Part shown: piece after piece, positions 1 to 8,090 of the stretch
How the letters are laid out: every line of letters begins with the position of its first letter
How positions within the stretch are numbered: the first letter of the stretch is position 1
Notes under the pieces: model-generated
The model's database searches: none
Told to the model about the DNA's origin: nothing
What the model saw: only the letters and a program-made list of their open reading frames with translations
From: Alkalilimnicola ehrlichii MLHE-1
Lineage (GTDB): Bacteria > Pseudomonadota > Gammaproteobacteria > Nitrococcales > Halorhodospiraceae
Direction of reading: 5' to 3'
Assembly (NCBI RefSeq): GCF_000014785.1
Contig: NC_008340.1
Span: forward strand, 2,610,001-2,642,000
DNA: 32,000 nucleotides
Translations under genes and position numbers: made by a program

Positions 1-575
1 TCAACCACGGTGCTCTGCTCGTCCTGGGGCACGACCCGACCGCCTATATACCGGGGGCCTACGTGCAGTTCCTACGCATCGACGGAACCGAGCTGGGCGA
101 CCCCATCAAGGACGAAAAGAGACTGACCGGCAACCTGCCCGAGGTCATGGCGCAGCTGGACGAGTTGTTGGAGGTGCACATCCAGGTTGCTGTCGACATC
201 GAGGCCGGATCACGGGAGCAGCGCCAGCCCGACTACCCCGTTGTTGCCTTGCAGCAACTCACCCGGAACGCCCTCATCCATCGCGCCTACGAAGGCAGCC
301 ACGCGCCGGTCCGCGTCTATTGGTTCAGAGACCGGGTGGAAATTCAGAACCCCGGCGGACTCTACGGCCAAGTCACCACCGACAACTTCGGTCAGGGTGT
401 CACCGATTACCGCAACCCCCTGATAGCAGAAGCCATGCATATTCTCGGCTACGTACAGAGATTCGGGTTCGGCATCCCATTGGCACAGCGCCACCTGCGG
501 GAAAACGGCAACCCCGACCCCGATTTTCAGTTCGCGCCAGAGTTCCTGGCCGTCACCGTGAGGGCAGTGACGTGA
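1..575 (+). CDS. C-terminal part of a putative ATP-binding/DNA-binding regulator (AlbA_2 + HATPase_c_4, RecG-like type); 5' end outside window
   Basis: Frame 3 is open from base 3 (NHGALLVLGHDPTAYIPGAYVQFLRIDG...) to TGA 573-575. The stretches LTRNALIHRAY, VRVYWFRDRVEIQNPGGL and RNPLIAEAMHILGYVQRFGFGI resemble this family. The stop overlaps the next start (GTGA). Confidence 0.6.
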   Translation, partial: NHGALLVLGHDPTAYIPGAYVQFLRIDGTELGDPIKDEKRLTGNLPEVMAQLDELLEVHIQVAVDIEAGSREQRQPDYPVVALQQLTRNALIHRAYEGSHAPVRVYWFRDRVEIQNPGGLYGQVTTDNFGQGVTDYRNPLIAEAMHILGYVQRFGFGIPLAQRHLRENGNPDPDFQFAPEFLAVTVRAVT

Positions 576-1543
576 TAACCATTGCCTTCTTCAACAACAA
601 GGGTGGCGTCGGCAAGACTGCTTTGGTCTACCATTTGGCCTGGATGTTCGCCGATCAGGGCCGGTCCGTGCTCGCCGCGGACCTGGACCCCCAAGCCAAC
701 CTCTCCACCATGTTCCTGGACGAACAAAGCCTGGAAGGCTTCTGGCCGGAGGGGGACAGCACGCATACCGTACTCTCACCCATACGCCCACTGCTGGAAG
801 GCGAAGGCGGCATCGAAAGCCCTCATGTTGAGCCCATCGAGGACCTAGGCCTGCTGGTCGGAGACCTGGCCCTGTCCGGCTTCGAGGACGAACTCTCCCA
901 GCAATGGCCCCGCTGCCTGGACGGCGAGAAGCGGGCCTTTCGCATCATCGGCGCCTTTGCCGAAGTCATCCAACGTGCCGGCGCCAACCGGGAAGCCGAC
1001 CTGGCGCTGGTGGATGTCGGCCCCAACCTGGGAGCCATCAATCGTGCCGCACTCATTGCCGCAGATTATGTGGTCGTGCCCCTGGGGCCGGACCTCTTTT
1101 CCCTGAAGGGACTGCAAAACCTGGGCCCCACCCTCCGACGGTGGCGTACGGACTGGCGCAAGCGGCTGCAGGAATTACCCACCAATGTACAAGCCCCATC
1201 GGGGCAAATGACGCCGATCGGTTACGTGGTCATGCAGCATTCCGTCCGACTTGACCGGCCGGTCAAGGCGTATGGCAAATGGATGGACCGGATCCCCAGC
1301 ACTTACCACCGTTACGTCCTCGACAAACCGGACGCTGCCAACCTGCGTGTCGACGACGACAGCGAATGTCTGGCTGCATTGAAGGACTATCGGAGCCTGA
1401 TGCCCATGGCTCAGGAAGCCCGCAAGCCCATGTTTCACCTCAAACCGGCGGACGGCGCCATCGGCTCCCACGTCCGTGCGGTACAAAACTGCTACAAAGA
1501 TTTCCGGGACCTGGCAGCGGCTATCGACAGCCGCACGCAGTGA
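572..1543 (+). CDS. ParA/MinD-like P-loop ATPase (323 aa) with no adjacent parB-like gene
   Basis: GTG 572 overlaps the upstream stop. N-terminal deviant Walker A ITIAFFNNKGGVGKT, DLDPQANLS, and Walker-B-like LALVDVGPNLG. The last codons and stop lie in repeat-like sequence (CGCAGTGACGGTGGGGG). Confidence 0.8.
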   Translation: MITIAFFNNKGGVGKTALVYHLAWMFADQGRSVLAADLDPQANLSTMFLDEQSLEGFWPEGDSTHTVLSPIRPLLEGEGGIESPHVEPIEDLGLLVGDLALSGFEDELSQQWPRCLDGEKRAFRIIGAFAEVIQRAGANREADLALVDVGPNLGAINRAALIAADYVVVPLGPDLFSLKGLQNLGPTLRRWRTDWRKRLQELPTNVQAPSGQMTPIGYVVMQHSVRLDRPVKAYGKWMDRIPSTYHRYVLDKPDAANLRVDDDSECLAALKDYRSLMPMAQEARKPMFHLKPADGAIGSHVRAVQNCYKDFRDLAAAIDSRTQ

Positions 1544-2193
1544 CGGTGGGGGCACCCCCCGTCATCGTGATGAGTGCAGGCCCTCCCCCCGGCATCGCGA
1601 GGGCCGAAGGCCCGTGGCGATCCAAGGCGGTAGACTGCCACGTCGGCTTCGCCTCCTCGCAGTGACGGTGTGGGCAACACCCCCCGTCATCGCGAGGGCC
1701 GAAGGCCCGTGGCGATCCAAGGCGGTAGACTGCCGCGTCGGCTTCGCCTCCTCGCAGTGACGGTGTGGGCAACACCCCCCGTCATCGCGAGGGCCGAAGG
1801 CCCGTGGCGATCCAAGGCGGTAGACTGCCACGTCGGCTTCGCCTCCTCGCAGTGACGGTGGGGTAACACCCCCGTCATCGCGAGGGCCGAAGGCCCGCGG
1901 CGATCCAGGGCGGTAGACTGCCACGTCGGCTTCGCCTCCTCGCAGTGACGGTGGGGGCAACACCCCCCGTCATCGCGAGGGCCGAAGGCCCGCGGCGATC
2001 CAGGGCGGTAGACTGCCACGTCGGCTTCGCCTCCTCGCAGTGACGGTGGGGGCGGATCCGCGCTCGCAGTGACGGTGGGGGCCACCACCACCCCGTCCTC
2101 GCGATGACAGGGGTGTTGCCCCCTCCCCGTCCTCGCGAGGAGCGCCCCCTCCCCCCGTCATCGCGAGGAGCGCAGCGACGTGGCGATCCACAC
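1536..2193 (+). repeat. Hairpin-repeat array A1: 5 full about 94-bp units plus degenerate 3'-arm and type-B units
   Basis: GTCATCGCGAGGGCCGAAGGCCCG starts at 1686, 1781, 1874 and 1969 (period 93-95). An earlier unit lies at about 1587-1670. The tail CCGTCATCGCGAGGAGCGCAGCGACGTGGCGATCCACAC ends near 2193. Confidence 0.92.
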
Positions 2194-2294
2194 GTCAGCC
2201 AAAACACAACGGCATCGGCATCAACACATATCGTCGCGTTATGCGCCAAACACGATACTATTGATTTATGCCTCATAGCACATAAACTATCATC

Positions 2295-2546
2295 ATGATC
2301 GATCTCGCCCGCACGCCGAAGCAGGTCGGCAACCTCATCCGTCGAAGCCGGAAGCAACAGGGCCTTACCCAACAAGCGCTTGGGGCGAAGGCCGGTTACC
2401 GGCAGGAGACCATCTCGCTCATCGAGAATGGCCATCCGGCCGCCAAGCTGGAAACCCTCCTGGCTATCCTCGCCGCGCTCGATCTCGAACTCCGGATCGC
2501 ACCACGCTCCAAGGGAAGCGCCGCTGACATCGAGGACCTCTTCTGA
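2295..2546 (+). CDS. hipB: XRE-family HTH antitoxin, HipB-like (83 aa)
   Basis: HTH core QQGLTQQALGAKAGYRQETISLIENG. Its stop overlaps the hipA start (TGATG). An AT-rich leader lies upstream (2216-2294). Confidence 0.8.
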   Translation: MIDLARTPKQVGNLIRRSRKQQGLTQQALGAKAGYRQETISLIENGHPAAKLETLLAILAALDLELRIAPRSKGSAADIEDLF

Positions 2547-3859
2547 TGCCCCGGCGTCGGCGCCACCCTCCGCTACACGTCCTGCTGAACAACCGCCACG
2601 TCGGCCAGCTCCAAAAGGCGGTGGACGGTGCAATCAGTTTTACCTACGAGCAAAACTGGCTGGACTGGGACCACGCCCTACCCGTCTCGCTCTCCCTTCC
2701 CCTCCGCGAAGACCCCTACCGGGGTGCACCGGTGGCGGCAGTGTTCGACAACCTCCTGCCCGATGCCGAGCCGCTCCGCCGCCGCGTTGCCGAGCGCGTT
2801 GGCGCCGAGGGCACCGACGCCTACAGCCTGCTCTCAGCCATCGGCCATGATTGCGTCGGTGCCCTGCAATTCGTCGGCCCCGACGCCCCGGCCCCCGGCG
2901 ACACCACCCAAATTTCCGGCCAGGTCATTGACGAGGACGACATCGGGAGGCTGCTCCGGGGGCTGGCCCAGGCCCCACTGGGGCTGGACCGCGACGAGGC
3001 ATTCCGGATCTCCATTGCCGGGGTGCAGGAGAAGACCGCCCTGCTCCGGCATGAAGGCCGCTGGCTAAAACCCCACGGCACAACCCCGACCAGCCACATC
3101 CTCAAGCCTCAGATCGGCCAGTTGCCGAACGGCATCGACCTGTCCAACAGCGTCGAGAACGAATACTACTGCCTCAAACTGGCTGCCGCCTTCGGGTTGC
3201 CCGTCAACAGGGCCGAGATCCACACCTTTGGGCCCACCCAAGCACTCGTCGTCGAGCGCTTCGATCGCCACTGGACCCACGACGGCCGCCTGCTCAGACT
3301 CCCGCAGGAGGACTGCTGCCAGGCCCTATCCGTCCCGCCAACACGCAAGTACCAGACCGAGGGTGGCCCCGGTATCGTGCAACTTCTTGAACTGCTCAAC
3401 GGCAGCGACACCCCGGCCAAAGACCAGGCGACCGTCTTCAAGGCACAGATCTTCTTCTGGCTGATCGGCGCTACCGACGGGCACGCAAAGAACTTCAGCC
3501 TGTTTCTGCGGCCACAGGGCGCGTTTCGCCTGACCCCGCTGTACGACATCCTGACCGTCCAGCCGAGCCTTGCCGGCCGGCAAATCGAACGCAAGCAGAT
3601 GAAACTGGCCATGGCCGTGGGGCGCGGAAACCGCTACCGGATCCATGAAATCCAGGGCCGCCATTTCCTACAGACCGGCGCCGCCGCCCGCCTGCCGCGC
3701 ACCTTGGCCACCAACGTCATCGAGGACATAGTGACCCGCGCGGACAACGCCATCACGCAGGTCGAAAGCGCCTTGCCCCCCGACTTCCCCCCGGCAATCC
3801 ACGAAAGCGTGAAGGCGGCCATCGCCGGGCGCCTGGGGGTATTGCAGAGGGCGGGGTGA
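2546..3859 (+). CDS. hipA: HipA-family serine/threonine kinase toxin (437 aa), apparently intact
   Basis: Motifs ISIAGVQEKTALL, catalytic-loop-like GATDGHAKNFSLF and LTPLYDILT. The length matches HipA and the gene is coupled to hipB. Confidence 0.9.
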   Translation: MPRRRRHPPLHVLLNNRHVGQLQKAVDGAISFTYEQNWLDWDHALPVSLSLPLREDPYRGAPVAAVFDNLLPDAEPLRRRVAERVGAEGTDAYSLLSAIGHDCVGALQFVGPDAPAPGDTTQISGQVIDEDDIGRLLRGLAQAPLGLDRDEAFRISIAGVQEKTALLRHEGRWLKPHGTTPTSHILKPQIGQLPNGIDLSNSVENEYYCLKLAAAFGLPVNRAEIHTFGPTQALVVERFDRHWTHDGRLLRLPQEDCCQALSVPPTRKYQTEGGPGIVQLLELLNGSDTPAKDQATVFKAQIFFWLIGATDGHAKNFSLFLRPQGAFRLTPLYDILTVQPSLAGRQIERKQMKLAMAVGRGNRYRIHEIQGRHFLQTGAAARLPRTLATNVIEDIVTRADNAITQVESALPPDFPPAIHESVKAAIAGRLGVLQRAG

Positions 3860-3864
3860 GTGAA

Positions 3865-4296
3865 GGCTTCCCCCCGTCATCGCGAGGGCCGGAGGCCCGT
3901 GGCGATCCAGAGCGGTAGACTGCCACGTCGGCTTCGCCTCCTCGCAGTGACGGTGGGGGCGATTTTCCGCTTCCGGCACAGTCAAGTTCTTCAAGAGAGG
4001 GCCGGAGGCTTTCCCCCCCGTCATCGCGAGGGCCGAAGGCCCGTGGCGATCCAGGGCGGTAGACTGCCGCGTCGGCTTCGCCTCCTCGCAGTGACGGTGG
4101 AGGTAGCCTGCCGCTTCCTGCACCGCCCAGTTGTTCAAGAGTCCCGTAGGGGCGTGGCAGTTCAGGGCGGCGGGTGGATCGCCGCGTCGCTGCGCTCCTC
4201 GCGATGACGGGGAGGGGCTGCGCTCCTCGCGATGACGGGGAGGTGCTGCGCTCCTCGCGATGGCGGGGAGGGGCTGCGGGCCTCGCAATGGCGGGG
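3865..4296 (+). repeat. Hairpin-repeat array A2: 2 full units, two copies of a 37-bp insert module, then inverted type-B and short units
   Basis: Full units at about 3871-3958 and 4015-4098. TTCCGCTTCCGGCACAGTCAAGTTCTTCAAGAG sits at 3960-3997 with a diverged copy at 4099-4141. Reversed GGATCGCCGCGTCGCTGCGCTCCTCGCGATGACGGGG is followed by 28-bp reiterations to about 4296. Confidence 0.9.
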
Positions 4297-4437
4297 TGGT
4301 GGTGCTTTGGGCATCGCGGGGGCGGGGGCGTTTGCGGCGCGGAGGATGGTGCTATGATGCTCATAAGGTCGTGCATTTTTAGTATAAAATAGCTATATAG
4401 TGCACTTTTTCCGATCGCTCTACGGAGAACGAGCCCA

Positions 4438-5559
4438 ATGAAAAAGAAGAACACCCTCACCACCCCCCTCATGCTTTCAGGACTGCTGGTCGGCTCTGCC
4501 TTCACCCTGAGCGGGTGCGTGAGCAGTTCCTCCAGCAGTGGGGACGACGCCACCGGCCCGCAGCATGACAGCCAAGGCGTGTTTGCCGCCGGGGCGCCGC
4601 TGAATAACGAGCAGGAGCTCGACGACGTCATCGCAGCGGCCAACCGGGCCGTCGGCGAGGACGGGGTTGAGCAATTCCTTGATGAGTTGGAAGGTGCAAT
4701 CTTCGTCAAGAGCGTCGATGTGGCCGGTGCCTCGACCACCGATGACGCCGATCGCACCACGGCAGCCCGCGACCGGCTGCGCGAGCGTGCCGGCAGGTGG
4801 CGCCAGGAGGACGCACCGGACCGGGTCATCGCCGCCACCGTCCAGCAGGACGACTGCCCCAACGGCGGCCATATCGTCATCACCAGTGACAGCACCGAAA
4901 ACGACCGTTACGAGCGCTGGGATACCACCGTGGCGTTCCACGGCTGCGCGGTGAACACGCCCTCCTGGGGTGACGTGGTGGTGAACGGGCAGCTCGACGA
5001 AACCTGGGAGGAGTCCTGGGGCGATGAAAACTTCGAGAACTACTCCGTCCACTTCGATATCACCGGCAGCGCCGCCGGGGGTGATCTGGTCCTCTCCGGC
5101 GAGGAACACTGGGGCATCCGCGCTCGGTCGGGCGACGTTTTCTTCAGCGAGCAGGTCCGCATCCCGCGGCTCGAGTTCCTGGCCGGCGAGCACTACATCG
5201 GGTTCCTGGACGTGGACCTGAACTACGTGGAGCGAGAGGTGGAGGAGCAGGGGACCACCCGGTACCCCTACGAAGACCACTGGAGCGGTCGCATCGGCAC
5301 CTCCGGCATGCAGGGCCACATCGCGCTGGATACCCCGAAAACCGTCGCCGGGCCGAACTACGATGCCTGCCCCACAGAGGGCGAGTTGACCATCAGCGGC
5401 AATGGCACCGCCTCCGTGCTCTTCGGGATGGACACCGGCATCTCCAACGCAGAAGTCGCCCTGGTGATCAACAACGCGCTCAGCCAAACCTGGGATGACT
5501 GCGACGACTTCTTCGACGAGTTCGACCTGCTCGAAGGCATCTTCCACGGCGGCCTGTAA
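4438..5559 (+). CDS. Hypothetical acidic lipoprotein (373 aa)
   Basis: Signal peptide with lipobox MKKKNTLTTPLMLSGLLVGSAFTLSGC followed by a Ser-rich linker. GGAGAA RBS upstream. No family recognised. Confidence 0.7.
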   Translation: MKKKNTLTTPLMLSGLLVGSAFTLSGCVSSSSSSGDDATGPQHDSQGVFAAGAPLNNEQELDDVIAAANRAVGEDGVEQFLDELEGAIFVKSVDVAGASTTDDADRTTAARDRLRERAGRWRQEDAPDRVIAATVQQDDCPNGGHIVITSDSTENDRYERWDTTVAFHGCAVNTPSWGDVVVNGQLDETWEESWGDENFENYSVHFDITGSAAGGDLVLSGEEHWGIRARSGDVFFSEQVRIPRLEFLAGEHYIGFLDVDLNYVEREVEEQGTTRYPYEDHWSGRIGTSGMQGHIALDTPKTVAGPNYDACPTEGELTISGNGTASVLFGMDTGISNAEVALVINNALSQTWDDCDDFFDEFDLLEGIFHGGL

Positions 5560-5575
5560 GCCCACCTCAGCACCC

Positions 5576-5599
5576 GGCCCCGGGGGGTTCCCCGGGGCC
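5576..5599 (+). terminator. GC-rich hairpin downstream of the lipoprotein gene (possible terminator, no U-tract)
   Basis: GGCCCCGGGG-GGTT-CCCCGGGGCC, a perfect 10-bp stem 17 nt after the TAA stop. No T-run follows, so an intrinsic-terminator role is uncertain. Confidence 0.35.
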
Positions 5600-5654
5600 C
5601 GTGCCGACACCCTCACCGCATTCCAGCCTCAGTCCGGTACCGGTTCAACGGTCG

Positions 5655-5792
5655 CTATCGCCGCCGCGGCGGCCAGGCCAGGCTGAAGTCCCCGTCGTTA
5701 AAGGCCACCGGCAGGTCGGTCTCGTTCAGTCCGCCCACCGCCTGGTAGCGCTCGCGACGGACCACGAGACAGGCGGCGGTCACCGCCCAGTC
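5655..5792 (-). pseudogene. Internal fragment of a family-2 glycosyltransferase (45 codons between two stops)
   Basis: The minus-strand translation DWAVTAACLVVRRERYQAVGGLNETDLPVAFNDGDFSLAW matches the conserved GT2 block (xxACLxVRRxxxxxVGGxxExxxVAxNDxDxxL). It has no start and is bounded by TAG on both sides. Confidence 0.45.
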
Positions 5793-5840
5793 CTAGCACC
5801 ACGCCCCCGTGCTGCGGGCGCTGCACAAGGGGTGGCCGGG

Positions 5841-6227
5841 ATGATCAGCGTATCCATCGTCAGCCACCGCCACGGCACCATGGTGGCCCGGCTGGTCGAC
5901 GCCCTGCTGGCCCTGCCGGAGGTGGGTCAGGTGGTGCTCACCCTCAACCGCCCGGACTGGGTGGCGGGCCTGTTCATCCTGGTGCGGGCACCGGCCTACC
6001 AGGCGGTGGGCGGCTTCGACGAGGACTACTTCCTCCACTACGAAGACGTGGGCCTCTGCGCCCGCCTCTGGGCCGCCGGCCACCCGGTCGCCCTGGACTG
6101 CAACGTCAGCATCAGCCACGACGCCCAATACCGCAGCCACCGGGACCCCATCCACTTCCTCTGGCACGTCGGCAGCCTACTGCGCTACCTCCGCAAACAC
6201 CAAGGCGGCGCCCGCCGCCCGCAGTAA
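5841..6227 (+). pseudogene. Family-2 glycosyltransferase with a large internal deletion (128 aa left)
   Basis: The N-terminal GT2 start MISVSIVSHRHGTMVARLVDALLALPEVGQVVLTLN joins directly to the C-terminal block DWVAGLFILVRAPAYQAVGGFDEDYFLHYEDVGLCARLWAAGHPV. About 90-100 aa, including the DxD region, are missing. The stop lies in repeat-like sequence. Confidence 0.55.
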
Positions 6228-6244
6228 TCGCGGGGCACCACCTA

Positions 6245-6549
6245 CCCCGTCATCGCGAGGGCCGAAGGCTTTCTCCCCGTCATCGCGAGGGCCGAAGGCT
6301 TTCTCCCCGTCATCGCGAGGGCCGAAGGCCCGTGGCGATCCAGAGGGGTAGACTGCCACGTCGCTTCGCTCCTCGCAGTGACGGTGGGGGCGGATCCGCG
6401 CTCGCAGTGACAGTGGGGGGCGGATCCGCGCTCGCAGTGACAGTGGGGGGCCACCAACGCCCCGTCATCGCGAGGAGCGAAGCGACGCGGCGATCCACAC
6501 CCCGCCATGGACTGCCACGGCCCTACAGGGCACGCAGTGACGGTGGGCC
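6245..6549 (+). repeat. Hairpin-repeat array A3: 2 short 30-bp units, 1 full unit, 2 3'-arm units, 1 type-B unit
   Basis: CCGTCATCGCGAGGGCCGAAGGCTTTCTCC x2, then a full unit, GGCGGATCCGCGCTCGCAGTGACAGTGGGG x2, then CCGTCATCGCGAGGAGCGAAGCGACGCGGCGATCCACAC... A degenerate 3'-arm motif already begins at about 6219. Confidence 0.92.
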
Positions 6550-6606
6550 CGACACATGCCGTACAATACAAGCGTGGATGCCATACTCCCTGGGAGGCCC
6601 GGGACA

Positions 6607-6852
6607 ATGAAACAGGAAACGACCAAGATCACCATCCGTCTACCGCGACAAGACGTCGAGTTCGCCAAGGCCTACGCCAGGGCGCACGGCCTCAGCATGA
6701 CTGAAGTCATTGATCGTTACCTGCGTCGCCTGCGGGCGCTAGAGCGCCACCAGCCCAGCCCCGAACTGGACGCGATCACCGGCCTGCTGCCAGCCGACCT
6801 GGACGCTGAACAGGCGTACCGAGACCACTTAGTCGAGAAACATCGCCCGTGA
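6607..6852 (+). CDS. vapB: Ribbon-helix-helix-type antitoxin partner of the PIN toxin (81 aa)
   Basis: KITIRLPRQDVEFAKAYARAHGLSMTEVIDRYL is a typical RHH/CopG-like N-terminus. GGGAGG RBS lies at about 6591. The stop overlaps the vapC start (GTGA). ATG 6556 is an alternative start. Confidence 0.7.
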   Translation: MKQETTKITIRLPRQDVEFAKAYARAHGLSMTEVIDRYLRRLRALERHQPSPELDAITGLLPADLDAEQAYRDHLVEKHRP

Positions 6853-7250
6853 TCATGCTGGACCTGAACGTTCTTCTGGACGTTCTGCAAAAAAGGGCGC
6901 CGCATTATCAGGCATCCGCCGCCGTCCTCGAGCATGTCATCCACGGTGAAGAACAAGGCGCACTCAGCGCGCACGCAGTCACTACGGTTCACTACCTGGT
7001 GAGCCGGTACGCGACTCGCGCCGCGGCGGACGGCGCCCTGGATTGGCTTCTCCGGCACTTTCACGTGTGTGCAGTGGGCCGTGACGAACTGGAACAGGCC
7101 CGGTCCCTTGGCTGGCCCGACTTCGAGGACGCGGTTCTGGCATGTGTCGCGCAGAGTGCCGGGTGCAGCTACATCGTGACGCGAAATATCAAGGACTTCG
7201 AACGATCACCGGTAACGGCGTTAACGCCGCAGGAGTGGCTACTTCGCTGA
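6849..7250 (+). CDS. vapC: PIN-domain ribonuclease toxin VapC (133 aa)
   Basis: MLDLNVLLD (first acidic residue), WPDFEDAVLACVAQ and YIVTRNIKDF are typical PIN signatures. The gene is coupled to the upstream RHH gene. Confidence 0.85.
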   Translation: MIMLDLNVLLDVLQKRAPHYQASAAVLEHVIHGEEQGALSAHAVTTVHYLVSRYATRAAADGALDWLLRHFHVCAVGRDELEQARSLGWPDFEDAVLACVAQSAGCSYIVTRNIKDFERSPVTALTPQEWLLR

Positions 7251-7265
7251 GCTGAGTCCGAACCC

Positions 7266-7592
7266 TCCGTCATCGCGAGGGCCTCCTCCCCCGTCATCGC
7301 GAGGGCCGAAGGCTTTCCCCCCGTCATCGCGAGGGCCGAAGGCTTTCTCCCCGTCATCGCGAGGGCCGAAGGCCCGTGGCGATCCAGAGGGGTAGACTGC
7401 CACGTCGCTTCGCTCCTCGCAGTGACAGGGGGCGCACCCCCCGTCATCGCGAGGGCCGAAGGCCCGTGGCGATCCAGGGCGGTAGACTGCCACGTCGGCT
7501 TCGCCTCCTTGCAGTGACGGGGTGGCCCCTCCCCCGTCATCGCGAGGAGCGCAGCGACGCGGCGATCCATACCCCGGCATGGACTGCCACGC
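7266..7592 (+). repeat. Hairpin-repeat array A4: 3 short units, 2 full units, 1 type-B unit
   Basis: Same unit types as A3. The type-B end CCGTCATCGCGAGGAGCGCAGCGACGCGGCGATCCATACCCCGGCATGGACTGCCAC lies at about 7535-7592. Confidence 0.92.
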
Positions 7593-7666
7593 CCCTTCGT
7601 AGGCTTGCACAGCCAGTGTAAGGAACAACGGCTACGTTGAGATCAGGCCAAGGAAGACATATCATA

Positions 7667-8089
7667 ATGATAAGTCCCAAACCAAACGTAAGCGCCTTTG
7701 ATGGTTTCCCACCTACGGCGACTGAAGACCGCGCCATCCAGGGTGGGCCACTGTATCCGCCGGACACCGTGGTGGCGCTGGCGAGGGAAGAAGCGCTCGC
7801 TTTCTGGAGCCGAGGGGCTATTCGAGACGCAGAGAAGTGGGGGCTTGATGTCCCGAGCGCGTGTCAATTAGTGGTAATGGCCGTCCGGCACGGCCACTAC
7901 CTGGGCGCACAATGGTGCATCCAGGGGCCTCGCGGGCCATGGGCAGCCTGCGACGCCTACAAAGTCACGAATCACGAGTGGATCGAGCATGCCCATCGGC
8001 ACATACCGGTCACGTATTACCTGAAATTTTGTATCGCGAAGACCGGAGCAATGCTGCTTTCGGTCTCCAACCACCCGGAGGGTACCTGA
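7667..8089 (+). CDS. mqsR: MqsR-family toxin (about 140 aa)
   Basis: The C-terminal pattern ACDAYKV...YYLKFCIAKTGAMLLSVSNH parallels E. coli MqsR (WQDVYRP...VYLKITVIHDVLIVSFKE). It lies directly upstream of an MqsA-type antitoxin. AGGAAG RBS precedes ATG 7667; ATG 7637 is an alternative start. Confidence 0.7.
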   Translation: MISPKPNVSAFDGFPPTATEDRAIQGGPLYPPDTVVALAREEALAFWSRGAIRDAEKWGLDVPSACQLVVMAVRHGHYLGAQWCIQGPRGPWAACDAYKVTNHEWIEHAHRHIPVTYYLKFCIAKTGAMLLSVSNHPEGT

Positions 8090-8090
8090 C

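Noticed and set aside
2216-2294. Possible HipB operator palindromes in the AT-rich hipBA leader (TATCG-N19-CGATA; TTTATG-N10-CATAAA)
   Set aside because: These are short, weakly symmetric matches that do not resemble the E. coli TATCC-N8-GGATA spacing. They cannot be distinguished from chance in an AT-rich stretch without experimental or comparative data.
1492-4895. Long ORFs over or antisense to arrays (e.g. 1875-2633 minus, 252 aa; 3753-4895 minus, 380 aa; 1562-2091 minus; similar ones at 6242-6607, 7169-7628, 9099-9698, 12191-12732, 14104-14469)
   Set aside because: Their translations are reiterated repeat-derived peptides (PSLRGGEADVAVYR.GSPRAFGPRDDGG, VIARAEGPWRSKAVDC...) or antisense readings of real genes. 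These are high-GC, repeat-driven open frames without RBS or coding periodicity.
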